Assembly: GCA_964016885.1 (NCBI GenBank)
Contig: OZ024743.1
Span: 125,984,001-126,048,000 of the forward strand
Length of the DNA: 64,000 nt
Direction of reading: 5' to 3'
Source: Eledone cirrhosa
Lineage: Eukaryota
Below are positions 1-12,508 of the stretch, in pieces. Every line of letters begins with the position of its first letter. The stretch's first letter is position 1. The notes beneath the pieces are model-generated. The model searched no databases. It worked only from the letters and a program-made list of their open reading frames with translations, and had not been told where the DNA came from. A program made the translations under genes and the position numbers.

Positions 1-219
1 CGCGTGTAATGAATCATTATTTATGAATGGGAATGAAGTTGTTTACATTTAAGCATAAGAATGTATCTGTTTACATTTCAATAATAATAATGAGGCTAAA
101 ACTGTTTACTAGAATAAAGACATGTTTACATTTAGTTTCTGTAAAAATTACCCCCATTCCACCCTTGGTTATTTTTGTTACAGTTGATTTCTTGTTAGTA
201 TTTATGACTAGTGTGTATG

Positions 220-370
220 TGTGTGGCTTAGTGATAAGGGTGTTGGAATTGTGATTAAAGTTGTGGGTTCAATTCCCAGACTTGACTATACAATGTGTCC
301 GTGAGCAAAGCACAATCATTTCATGTTGCTTGAGTTTGTTTAGATGAAAATGGCTAGTAACACCAGTAGC
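220..370 (+). mobile_element. tRNA-derived SINE head (family 1), degraded
   Basis: A-box-like TGGCTTAGTG and B-box-like GGTTCAATTCC, followed by TGTGTCCGTGAGCAAAGCAC; matches copies at 2890-3205 and 5255-5558. Confidence 0.65.
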
Positions 371-440
371 AGTTGGGGGTTAGCCCAATGACAGACTGGC
401 AACCTGCCCAGGGAGTTGTCTTGCATTCTCAGTCATTTAA

Positions 441-655
441 CCCTTTAACATTTACATTACTCTATATTTACTATTGTATTTTCATGGTAAAGGCTTTGCC
501 TCACATAATTATCTCACATAATATCGAATCTACGAGATTTTGGTGTTATTTATTTTGAGAACAATACCTCAACATCAATATGAGCTGCCGGTTATAGCCG
601 GTTGGAACAGAAAAGGGCGAGAGAATTCTGGCCGGATAGTTTAAATGCTAAAGGG
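441..655. mobile_element. TTAA-flanked MITE family A (piggyBac-like termini)
   Basis: TTAA|CCCTTTAACATTTA ... TAAATGCTAAAGGG|TTAA terminal inverted repeats; reverse-orientation copy at 3727-3947. Confidence 0.8.
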
Positions 656-1076
656 TTAACATCCATGAAACCAGGATAAGCTCCAGACTCCATTTAACCA
701 TGGAAAAACAAATATAAAGACAACAACTCTAACTCTCATTGACGACTAATCATTGTATATGTAGTGGACCAGCCAATGGAAGGTTATCACATTGTTTCAT
801 TTGTTCATCCTACATCTCTGACATGCAAAACCTCAGGTGTCTGTTGCCCCATGAGCTCAGCAGACAGAATTATTTATATATATGAGACAACAAATTAGCT
901 AGAATTGTCACAGTCTGTTAGAGTGCTCCGAACTGACCCATTCTCTTGTTGCTACTACAATAATGATGCCAGTTATACGGATTTCCTGATGCACCTTACT
1001 AAGTGGTGTAACTCTTTCTGTAGACACAGCAATTACAAAATAGTGTTTATGTATTTATTTATTTTAACTAATCAAA

Positions 1077-1465
1077 TTAACCTTTTTGATACCAAACAAC
1101 CTGAAACTACCCCTACTTCTATGATACAAAACTTTATTTTAAAGTTTGTTTATTTCAAAACCTTCCGTGATATTTTTATGTAATAACCTTTGTTATCTTC
1201 TAAGTACCAGCTTAACTCTTTTGATATCAAACTCACTGGAACTGCTCCTGGTTCTATGATACAAAACTGTTGTTTTAAAATGTTTGTATTTATTCAAAAA
1301 CTCTCAATCATAATTCTATGTAGGAATTGTTGTTAAGTTAATGCTCACAACACCAAATTAATAATGCAAAGGTCATATTACTATAAAATCCCTCCAAATT
1401 CGTGATTATTTCCAAAATTATTTAAACATCATAGGCAATGTCTTTTATTAAAAATATGGCAATGA
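1077..1465. mobile_element. Two adjacent partial copies of TTAA MITE family B
   Basis: TTAACC/TTAACT-TTTTGATA...TTCTATGATACAAAAC occurs at 1077 and 1212; same family as 21124-21377. Confidence 0.6.
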
Positions 1466-1803
1466 TCACCATTTTCTTCTCCTCCCCATCTTCACACATA
1501 CATCATCATCTAATCCAATGTGTCTGTGTTTGTTCATTCAGTGTTTCACTAGTTCTACTTTGTTATGTCCAAAGTATTCTTTGTCTACCTGACCTTACAG
1601 AATAGTAAATAGTGTATATTTTATATTCAGTCAACTGATCATTGAGTGCTTTAGTATCACTAGAATTTGGTGGTCTTTCTTGGGAAGATACCTGGCATCC
1701 CTCTTTAGGGATAAGTAGCTCAACTATGTTTATATTCTCTTGTTATTTTTGGCTAAGTTAAACTCTATTCATTTCTTTCCTTGGATTACATTATATATAT
1801 ACA

Positions 1804-2818
1804 CCGTATATGCCGGCTTACAAGTCTACATTTGGAGCCTAAAATATCTCTCCAAAATCAGGAGTTGACTTGTCCTCTAAATATAAAATGTGAACCTTTA
1901 CCATTGAGGGGTAAACAGTGAAACTGCCTGCCTAACACTCGTACACCACTTAGCATAACTCTAGCAGCCCGCCACAATTATTTCCTACTGAATCTCATAT
2001 TTGTTGAATCTAGTTAATGTAGAGATTATAATAATATCAATGACTTGCCGAAGCTGATAGTGTAGGTTAGCATAAGTTCGTTAAGGTTAGGCTAGGCTAG
2101 ATTACTCAATGAGATAGAACTCATTTGCGACTGAAGTGTTTTAGAAGTGTCTTAGAATTGTCTAAACTATCGGAAAAATTACAATAATTTCACCATGAAA
2201 CAAAACTGGCTGAAAGTAAAAATGTATCGCCATATAAACCTGCCATTCACATCATTTCATGCGTTTTAACATTCACTTAGCATAATTTTCACAGCCAACC
2301 ATATTTATTTTCTACTGGAACTCATGTTTGTTAAATCTACCAGTATTTACCAATAGAAATTACCATATAATATCACAATGGTTTACACATACGACATTAC
2401 AGTAGTAGAAAACAAACCTGTCAATTGCACCAGCTGATTGGTGTACCAATGGTGCCACCTTTGTCTACTTTACCACTCATGCACCCGAACTCAATTCACT
2501 GAAACCAAGGCCTTACCGGAGTACATACCAAGCTGTTAGTGAACCAAGGGCTAACCTGGCTACACAGTTGAGTACCAGCCATTCTGTGGTTTTGTAGTAC
2601 TGAAAATATCAGCAGAAAATTTATTTCCATCTTTTATATTTTGTGAAAATTTTGTGCAAATAAAGAATGGCAAGGGCATCTAGTGCTGGAGAAATGGTAC
2701 TGCCTTATTTTTGGTGGGGTTATCTTATCTGTTGAATATAGCCCTTAACCTGAATTACACCTCAGAATTTTAGGGGTCGAACTATGCTCCGGGTCAACTT
2801 GTACGCCGGCATATATGG
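1804..2818. mobile_element. Non-autonomous Tc1/mariner-superfamily DNA transposon (Tc2/pogo-like TIRs)
   Basis: TIRs CCGTATATGCCGGCTTACAAGT / ACTTGTACGCCGGCATATATGG (~25 bp) in a TA-repeat context; no transposase ORF. Confidence 0.75.
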
Positions 2819-2889
2819 TATATATATACACACACATAAGCCCCCCCCCCCCCATATATCTACTTCTTTTTCTCCCCCACCCCTCTCTT

Positions 2890-3205
2890 CTGGCAGTTCC
2901 AATGATGAGTGTTCCAATTCTTTAATCAACGGAATAGCCTGCTCGTGAAATTAACCTACAAGTGGCTGAGCATTCTGCAGCCATGGATAATTTTAATGTA
3001 ATCTTTTGAGAGATTCAGCATGACACAGTGAGTGACCATGCTGTCCTTTGAAATTATAGGTACAACTCACTTTTGTCAGCTGAGTGGACTGGAGCACTGT
3101 AAAATAAAGTGTTGTGCTGAAGGACACAATGTGCTGCCAGGAATCGAACTGACGACCTTGTAATACTGAGCTGAATGCCATAAGCACTAAGCTACACACC
3201 TTCAC
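2890..3205 (-). mobile_element. tRNA-derived SINE family 1, near full length
   Basis: Minus strand starts GTGAAGGTGTGTAGCTTAGTG with B-box GTTCGATTCC, core GTGTCCTTCAGCACAACACTTT..CCACTCAGCTG and a structured 3' tail; further copies at 5255-5558 (-), 28985-29110 (+), 53150-53380 (+). Confidence 0.8.
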
Positions 3206-3726
3206 ATGCATACATATCTGCCTACATACACGTGGTGTGTGGCCTAGTGGTTATTGTGTTGGATTCACAATTATGAGGTAATGGACTCAGTTCCTGGATT
3301 AGCCAGTACATTGTGTTTTTGAGCAAGGAATTTAATTTCACATTGCTTTTCATGACTAAGGTCCCAAATAATTTTGTATGCGGTGCGACCTCATAAGAGG
3401 CCAGCTAAATCTGTGTAGGTGCAAGCTGTAAATTACATTTTTTATTTTCATGTTCATATATACACACATTCACAAACAGGTTTTCTTGATAAGCCAACTT
3501 GGGGCTAAAGAGGAAGAACAACAACTACTATTTGAAATATGTAATCAATATGTTTGAGTTATAGTGAAAAAAACATTGATATTATAAATGTATTTAGTAT
3601 ATTTGTGCTATAGTGAAATTAATACAAAAATATAACATTATATACTTTTTATTGTACTTCTGGTCAACTTGGCATAATTGGTAAAGCATTGGCTATTTGT
3701 TCCTGGTCTCTGTGTTCTGAACTTAA

Positions 3727-3947
3727 CCCTTTAGCATTTAAACCGGCTGTGTCCGGCCAGAATTCTCTCACCTCTTTCTGTTCAAACTGGCTGTAACAGG
3801 CCACTCAGACTTATGTTACAGTATTGTCCTCAAAATAAATAATATCAACAGCTCATAGATTCGATATTACGTGAGATAATTATGTGAAATAAATTGTTTA
3901 CCATGAAAATATAATAGTAAATATAAAGTAATGTAAATTCTAAAGGG
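3727..3947. mobile_element. TTAA MITE family A, inserted into a family-2 SINE
   Basis: TTAA|CCCTTTAGCATTTA...TAAAGGG|TTAA; removing it rejoins TCTGAACTTAA/ATCCTGTTGAGGTCTACTTTGCCTTTCATCC, the SINE B-box region. Confidence 0.85.
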
Positions 3948-4228
3948 TTAAATCCTGTTGAGGTCTACTTTGCCTTTCATCCTTTTGGGGTCGGAAAGTA
4001 CAGGTCATGCTGGTGCAGCCAACCTATCTCATCCTGGGTATTCTGTTGGATTAAAGGAGGTAGGTCTGAGAGTATGTTTGCATCTGCTCATGATAGTAAG
4101 GACACCTAAAATCCAAAACATGGTACATATTACCAAATCACATTTTATTGCTTTTTAGCAACTATGGTTCGTGAAATCAACTATGGTCCTCAATATGCTT
4201 TAATATGGAGCTAGGCATGCATATATGC

Positions 4229-4300
<72 letters not shown>

Positions 4301-4302
<2 letters not shown>

Positions 4303-5168
4303 TCCTGTTCCATCCTAAACCTTGTTTTTAGTAACCAAACAGCTCCTTTCGTTTCATAACTTTTTGTATTTACCGCTGTGACCCTACCTGCTTTGGTTGA
4401 TCTGTGTACCCTCCACACTTTTGCATCGACCCTCCCTTCTCTCTTCCCTTCTCCTCCTCTCTCTCGTTTTTTTTTCTCTCTCCCTCTCTCTGTCTCTCTA
4501 TCCATCCGTTCGGTTTTGATTGTTGACATGTTTACATGTGCCGTGGTGGCCTCTCTGTCTGCAATCTTTGTAGCACGTTTTTACCACCGTTGTAAAAAAA
4601 ACCCTTCTGGATTATTTCCCTTTCCCTTCTCCTTCTCACTTTGGGTTGCCCGTGTCTTTCTCTCACTTTCTCCTGTCTATGTGAGAGACAGCACGATTAT
4701 ACCAGCTCTGAGTTGTAGCTGACCCCCAGGTTAAAGTCTCCCAGGTTGGCCACAACTTACTTTCCCTATTTTTCCACGGTTACTTTTTTTAATGTTTCTT
4801 TCACCTGTGTCTTCCCACGATGGGATCTGTACACTTTTTTTTCTTCTATTCCTTTCCTATTTTTCCCCTTCTTCCTCTCTCCTCATCCCCCCCCTCCTGT
4901 TCTTCCTCCTTTCCCTCTCTTTCCTTTTCTCTCTCCTTTTCTTCTCTCTTTCTCTCTCCTTTTCCACCTGGCCTTTTGATTAATAAAAGACCTCAGGCGC
5001 ACCCGAACTACACCGATGTCCTCTAATTCAGTGCCGAAACATCGGTCCAGGATACATTTACAGCTGACGATGGAAACTCCTTTCTTCCTTTCTCCTCCTG
5101 TTCCATCCTAACCGTCATCCTAAACCTTGTTTTTAGTAACCACACAGCTCCTTTCGTTTCATAACTTT
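4301..5168. mobile_element. Non-coding element with terminal direct repeats between (TA)n runs (possibly Penelope-derived)
   Basis: CCTCCTGTTCCATCCTAA..CCTTGTTTTTAGTAACCA(A/C)ACAGCTCCTTTCGTTTCATAACTTT at 4301-4363 and ~5094-5168; pyrimidine-rich body; (TA)n on both sides. Confidence 0.55.
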
Positions 5169-5254
5169 ATATATATATATATATATGAATAAAAGCTAAA
5201 ATGAAAACTATATTTGTGCACTATCATTTATGATGTTGAACCCTCTGTCACTTC

Positions 5255-5558
5255 TGGCAATGAGTGTCCCAGTTGATTCAATTACTGGAACAGCCTGCTT
5301 GTGAAATTAATGTTCAAATGGCTGAGTAACCTCCAGACAGATGTAGACTTAATGTACTTATGCAGATTCAGCATGACACTGTGTGATAACGTTAGTCCTA
5401 TGAATTTATAGGTACAACTCATTTTTTTCAGCTGAGTGGATGGGAATCCTGTGAAATAAAGTGTCTTGCTGAAGAATACAGCACACTGCTGTGAATCAAA
5501 CTCCCAACTTTATGATCCTAAGTCAAACAGCCTAACCACTACGCCACATGCCTTCACA
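5255..5558 (-). mobile_element. tRNA-derived SINE family 1
   Basis: Colinear with 2890-3205. Confidence 0.75.
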
Positions 5559-6951
5559 CTTGTATACATATAAACAAAATTGTATCATTATCCTCCCTCA
5601 CCTTCCTCCCTCACCTTTTTAATGCACTGTACAGTCAATTGCCACACAACCTTTATACTCTTATCCTATCTAATTCAATTCACTTCACCTCAGCTCTAAC
5701 TCTCATTGTGTATTCTCAATTTTCAAGTCTGTTAAGAGCCTAGATGTCAATCAAGCCAGAGCATACCTGGGTTTCATTAGTGTTAAGCAACCAATAGTAC
5801 AAAGACTTTCCCTCAACAAGACATCAATCCTTTGCAGGGATAATGCTCAACTATACTGGTACCCATTTTCAACTGAGTTGACCGGAGTAATGTGAAATGA
5901 AGTATTTTGCTTAAGAATGCAACACACTACTCAGTCCTGGAATAAAACCCACAACATTATGATTGTGAGCCCAACACCCTAACCACTAAGCCATGCACCT
6001 TTACTTCTCAATCCTGACATTGACCCTTCGTCTCTCTCTCATATACACAAACACAGATGCACCCACATATAAACACACACATACATATGCACAAACACTT
6101 TCAACTTACTCAAACCCTACTCCCCCATATATTTACATCACACCTCTCACCCACCCCCAATCACCTCACATCATTGAATAAGTAACACCCCCATATAGAC
6201 ATCCCCCTCACTAAACACACTTATCATATCACCTACATACACAAACAGTCACATACAGTTTATGGCAGCAAATTGACAAATCCATTAGAGCATATTTATT
6301 CTGGCTCTCTGCTCTTTGAGATCAAATCTCAAGCATGTCAACTTTGCCTTTCATGCTTGAGGTATTGATAAAATAAAGTATCAGTCCAGATTGAGGGATT
6401 GGCAGAATAGTTATGGCATTAACTGAAATACCATACAGTATTTATTCCAGCCCTTTGCATTCTGAGTTCAAATCCTGCTTTGGCTTATTTGGATGTTAGA
6501 CTTAATCCATCACCTCATTTAACACCACCACCTAGTCCTTAGATGTCTTTAGCATCATCAGACAGTTTTAAGCATTTGGGTCAGGTCTTGGTTTAAGGAT
6601 TTCTTCCTTTGCTCCACCAATCCTATAAAAAGTGATATGCATTGTCCATTCTTCCCTGGTTAAAACAGTAAATAATAACCCACATACATCGCCTTTCCTC
6701 AGCTTTCAGGTCATGTAATGCACCTTTTACATCACACTTCTAATCTATACTTGTGTGCATTGTATGCCCACGTGCACATGCAAGTTGTAATCACTGCATG
6801 CCTGTAGTAAAGTTTCAAAATATATGCATTTATTTACCAAAATTGTCACACATCCTCTCTAATAGCTGACATCTGTAGAAATACCAGACAGACAAGGAAT
6901 GTGTGTGTATGTATGTAAATATGTGTTTGTGTGTGTGTGTGTATGTAAATA

Positions 6952-7006
<55 letters not shown>

Positions 7007-10000
7007 CAGACAGACAGTTGGAATGTGTGTGTATGAGAAAGGGGGCGAGAAAAAGTGAGAGAGAAAAAGTGAGAGTGAGAAAGTGAGATAGTATGAGAGA
7101 GAGATAGAAATGGTTGATGCTGATGTTGCTGTTTTAGTGAGTGGCCAGTTTGTTCTACTATCTCACTGTAGATTAGATTTACACAGCTCACATTTTACTC
7201 AGCATACAATCATTAGTTTGTCTTCTGCTCTGATTTCCTTTCATGAATGAAAATGATCATAGTAATACAGTATTGTTGTAGTATGAGAAGATAGTCTCTC
7301 TTTAAAAAAAGAAAAAAAGTATGTCATGCTTTTATCTTTTTGCAACACCCCACCCCACCTTTTGTACAACCTGCTTTGTTAGTGCCACTCCTTGTTTGTA
7401 TAGCTCTACTACAACTGGATATAATAAGCACATAGTATCTATGTTATTTAGGACTACTCGCCTTTCTCTCTATATTTCTTCTTCCCCCTCCTTCTCCTCC
7501 TCCTCTTTATTCTTCTCCCCGCCCTACCTTTTTTTCACTGTTTTCTATTTACTCAATGGATTATAAGAAGGATATTGAATTTTTTTTTCGTTTCTTTTCC
7601 TTTTCTTTTCTTTCATTTCATTTCATATATTATATAGATTTGTATTTGCTATGTGCTGTATGTAATGTTTAAAACGTACATGTAACATTGTATGTGTAAT
7701 ATATTGAAATTGAATTTGAGATGCAGACATATTCGACTTATAAAGCCAAATGTCGAATGTGTTAATCAACAACAAGAAGTGTTTTCAGACCATTTTCCCT
7801 GCTAAAGTACTGGTTAGCCATTTGGCCGCATCCCCCACTAACCGCTCCCATTAGCTTTCATTTCCTCCTCTATCATCTTTAGCAATGTCTTTCTTGGTCT
7901 TTCCCTTCCTCTACTTATTTCTATATTCATTTCCGTCACTCCTCTCACCCAGTCACTTTCAACCTTCCTCAACTCATGGCCCAATCATCTCATTCAGTTT
8001 CTCTTCACAATATACATCATCCTCTACAATGTGTTAATCAATTCACTAATGATGATGATTTCTCTGTGAATTCAAATGATAAGCATTCAGTTGTTCAATC
8101 AACTATGTATCCAATTCATGTAAATGGTTGAGTACTTCACAGACATGTGTACTCTTAAAGTAATTCTGAAGCAGAATCTGCATGGTACAATATGTGACAA
8201 GAACAGATCTTTGAATTACAGGTACAATCCATCTGATGAGCTTCCACACAGTTTCTTTCTATCCAAGGCTTGGTTTGACTCAAGACTATGGGTCCTAGAT
8301 TAGTCAGAAGACCATCACACTTGTATGACCCAATTTTTAGCTTGGCTTCTATGATTGGATGCCCTTTTTAACACCCACTGCATAACAGAAGGTACTGAGT
8401 GCATCTTAGTGTGGTACCTACACTAGAGAGGTTATGTTGTTGTCAAGACTAAAAAGCCCTCTCTATACTATCTTGTCTCTACTTCATTATTAACTGTAGC
8501 ATATAATTTATTTTGGAAGTTTTCAGTAAAAGCCATAATGCTTTTGCTCTGTTTGCTACTTACTGAAATGAAGATTCTTGATTACATAATTAGCAATAAC
8601 ACTAACACAGCAGGATTAAAAATAAAGGCACATATAATCCATATATTTAGGCTCGTATTTAAGCTGCAAACATGTCAAAGACACCTTGCAGTGAGACTAG
8701 ATGTATATTTATTATATGTAAACATATTCTATATAGATTACCTGACAAAAAGTTGAAAAGAATTTTCAGTTGTGTCAAAATAAAATGCACCCACTACACT
8801 CTGTAGAATACAAGAACATATGTAAGAAAGATTCTCTTTGTGCCTTTATTCTTGACTACTGTAATATGATGCATGTAAAATAGGTGATGTACTGTATAAA
8901 ATAGTTAATGGCTTGAAATGATTTTTTTCTATGTGTTAAATCTTTTGATACCCTGGTTCTACAATACAAAACTGCAAACTCCATCTTAATAATAATAAGT
9001 TAGTTATATTACTAAAACACTCCAAATTCTTGATTTTTTTTTTTTTTGTTTCAAAATCTAATTGAAAATCATAGGCAGTGTTTTTCTCCAGAAATATGGT
9101 AACAAAATTTATTAATTGTGATTATGTAATGTTCATGCCTTTACTGGAGCATTAACAGCTTGAGTGAAATTATTCCAGTTAGGAATAAAACAAAACAAAA
9201 CAAAACAAAACGTTACAAATTTTATTAATTGAGAATTTGCTTCTGCATCACAGCACCAGCCAGCATGTCATCATTATTATTAACCCCTTAACATTTCATT
9301 TCTGTCACATGATATGAATTATATGGGTCTGCATTATAGAATTTTGGAAAAGCCTACCATTTCCAGGTCTAATCTAACTAGTATTTGCCAACTATTCTTA
9401 GGTTAATCTTCTTCTATCATTTCAAACATTTTTCAGTATTTAAAAAAACAAAAAAATCTGTTTAGTCAGAAGAGCAGTGGGAGGTAAGGCAGGAGATATC
9501 ATGAAAACACAGTCCTGGCCAAAATATTTGCAAGAGTGGACTCTGCTAATGGCCAGGTTATGATGTTGCTAAACCGAGTGATGGATTAAGTCTACCACAG
9601 TGGATTTGAACCCAAAGAGCTATAAAAAGGACGAATGGCAAATTTGACTCTAGCATAATTTGAACTCGGAGTGCAAAAAACTGGAATAGATACTACAAGG
9701 CATTTTGACTAACGCTCTAACAACTATGCCAATTCACCACTGTTCTTAATGCATTCATTATTATATTTCTAATGAAATACATTGTATTTAAATGAATTAA
9801 TGACAAATTTGGAGGGATTTACTAAAATGATTTCATCAAGGTGGTATTTGTAACATAATTTAACAAGAGGTTCTTATGTAAAATTATGTTGGAAGATTTT
9901 AATTTAAATAAGAACCCTTTAAAAGTGGTAATTTTGTTTTATAGGACCAGAGGCAGTTTTGGGCTGGTTGGTATAAAAAGGGTTAAACTAAAATGGCTGC

Positions 10001-10669
10001 CAGCTTGAAGAAGCAAACCTCTGCTGCAGATCCAATTTACTCTGCTAAGTTGACGTAGATAAAATATTTTTACTTTGTTAATTTACAATGTGTCTAGACA
10101 GCTTTAAAATAAAAATGTACATTCATTGACTAATGTATCAACTTGTACTGATTTCAGTGAAATCTCAATAGTGCTATACAAATTCATTAAATATTCAGCA
10201 GAACATCTATTGTTTGTATCACAACCTGAGTTTGTTTGCTTCTTATTTCATTCATTATTTAGCAATGGAAATTTTAGATTAGTGAAAACCAAAATTCAAG
10301 TTAGAGAGCAGGACTGTTGAAATGACTGCAATTGTTCCAAGCCAGTGTACTTGGTTGCTAGCTTGAAAGTTGCTTTGGCTATTCATTCAACTGTACTTAT
10401 TCTTCTTTCTTTTACGAATTTTCTATTTTCAATTTACTTAATCTTTGCATATATTAATTAACTAAACCAGCTCCCTGTTCCTTGAGTTCAAATCTTGTGG
10501 AAACAATTTTGCCTTTCATCCTTGTGGAGTTGATCAAGTACCAATCCAGGGCAGTGGATTGACAGAAGTATTAGTGTATTTTTTCTTTATAATTTAGCTA
10601 ATAAATTATAAATGGAAAATATTCAAGGAGCTATTACCTCTGCTGTCAACGAAGAGATTCTCTCCTTAG

Positions 10670-11090
10670 GTGAAAGGTAGACTGTTTGATGTCTGTGTAT
10701 GTAGTGCAAAGTTGCCTGGTAGTGAGATATAAGCATTGAATGGAGAGAATGTGTGAAAGCTGGAAAAAAATGAAGCAAATGTGCTCCACTGGATTTGTGA
10801 TTTATTGTATCTGAATGACAAAGCACAGATGAGTTGAAAGATAAACTTGGTATAAAAGGAGTTGAATGTTATGTGTGCAAGATAAAAAACTGCACTGGCA
10901 TGAATATGTAATGCATATTGATGATAGGTAAAGAAGTGTGAGAAGTTCCAAGTGTAATACATAAACAGAAGTGATGAAAGCTGATCTCAGGATACTGAAT
11001 CTCACAAAGGAATGCCACAAGTGTTGAGGTGTGTTGGAAAAGACCAATTCAACCCATGCAAACATAGAAAAAACAAACATGAAAATTATA
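10670..11090 (+). pseudogene. Highly degraded RTE LINE 3' remnant
   Basis: Traces of RL(H)WHE.VM and the RTE 3' end AACCCATGCAAACATAGAAAA. Confidence 0.5.
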
Positions 11091-11266
11091 TAGTAATTCA
11101 TTGCCAGTTCTTGAATTATGTCATCAGCATTTATATTGTTTAATACACAGTTAATGACAGTAGGGGTGAAGTTGAAGGGCAAACTTTATATCTTGTTCCT
11201 TGGCAAGAAACATGTAGCCCCCCCCCCCCCCTACTTGTATTTGTCCAAGAGATCGGCCTCATATAC

Positions 11267-11303
<37 letters not shown>

Positions 11304-11446
11304 AGAAATAAGATTTTGCTTCAAGCATAGCTTTATACAATATGTATAGAAATTTTGTATCTCCAAAGAAATATGGTTTTAGGAAGCCATAGCTATGCAA
11401 ACACCAGGGGGCTAACGCCCTCTGGTGATGTCCAGCAGAAGCAAGG

Positions 11447-11503
11447 GGGACAACCGTCTATGCATTTCAGGCTTAACTGGCCTTCGTCAGGACGATCCCT
11501 CCC
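11447..11503 (-). ncRNA. Minimal type-I hammerhead ribozyme (minus-strand copy)
   Basis: Reverse complement reads GATCGTC-CTGACGA-AGGC-CAGTTAA-GCCT-GAAA-TGCA-TA-GACGGTT. Confidence 0.8.
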
Positions 11504-11873
11504 ACCGCTTGCGACTGCTGGACTAGAAGACAGGCGAGAATATATACTTTTCTCGTCTGCATAAATGAGGTGATTAATCTCATTTGCATTTGAAGCTGCA
11601 TAAGTTGGCTCAACTTATAAAGAAAAGAAATAAGATTTTGCTTCAAGCATAGCTTTATACAATATGTATAGAAATTTCATATCTCCAAAGAAATACGGTT
11701 TTAGGAAGCCGTAGCTATGCAAACACCAGGGGGCTAACACCCTCTGGTGATGTCCAGCAGAAGTTGAGCCAACTTATGCAGCTTCATATGCAAATGAGAT
11801 TAATCACCTCATTTACACAGACGAGACAACTATATATTCTCGGCTGTCTTCTAGTCCAGCAGTCGCAAGCGGT

Positions 11874-11930
11874 GGGAGGGATCGTCCTGACGAAGGCCAG
11901 TTAAGCCTGAAATGCATAGACGGTTGTCCC
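11874..11930 (+). ncRNA. Minimal type-I hammerhead ribozyme (plus-strand copy)
   Basis: Stem I GATCGTC (11880-86) pairs with GACGGTT (11919-25); core CUGACGA (11887-93); stem II AGGC/GCCT; GAAA (11909-12); short palindromic stem III UGCA; predicted cleavage after AUA at 11918. Confidence 0.8.
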
Positions 11931-12508
11931 CCTTGCTTCTGCTGGACATCACCAGAGGGCATTAGCCTCCTGGTGTTTGCATAGCTACGGCTTCATAAGT
12001 ATGAAGCTTACAAGACTAATCCCGTTGGTGGGGTAAATAGACATAAAATACTTGTTGCATTTGACACAATCATTTTACATTTATTTTATATTAGATATTT
12101 GCATATGAATTACTCATAAATTGGCAAGCACTAAAAATAAACAATACTTCTATATCAGAAGTGGTACTTACTTGCAGCAATTCAGAATGAAATAAGCATA
12201 GTAATACAGCAGTCCAAAAGTACATCATAATGACTATACACACACATATATATATACATATATATATATATATAAATATATATATAAATATATATATCAT
12301 CATCATCATTTATATATATATATACATACATATAAGCCCTCAGTACTGACAATCATGAAAATCAGTAGTACCTTAGTTGAAATTAATATTTTCTTTATGT
12401 AGGCCAAGTTTGAATCTTGTTACTCATGGGTTTCACTCATATATTTACAGACAAAATTCCCAAGTAACAAAACTCAAACTTGATCTGAGAGAATATACAT
12501 ATATATAT

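Larger units (their letters stand above)
11300..11994. mobile_element. Non-autonomous Penelope-like element: partial tandem plus inverted pseudo-LTRs with hammerhead ribozymes
   Basis: Direct repeat 11300-11441 / 11622-11763; inverted repeat 11383-11616 / 11761-11994; adjoins (TA)n; hammerhead core in each inverted arm. Confidence 0.8.

Noticed and set aside
2900-2955. SINE tail hairpin with TGATGAG...CTCGTGAAA resembling a ribozyme
   Set aside because: The core lacks the CUGANGA register and has an extra base before GAAA; better explained as a SINE 3' stem-loop
4378-5026. Hydrophobic F/L/S/P-rich ORFs as membrane proteins
   Set aside because: Low-complexity pyrimidine tracts that are open in several frames
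5011-5080. Type-II-ordered hammerhead (GAAAC..GTC..CTGACGA)
   Set aside because: Stems I and II do not pair; kept only as a weak hint of a decayed motif
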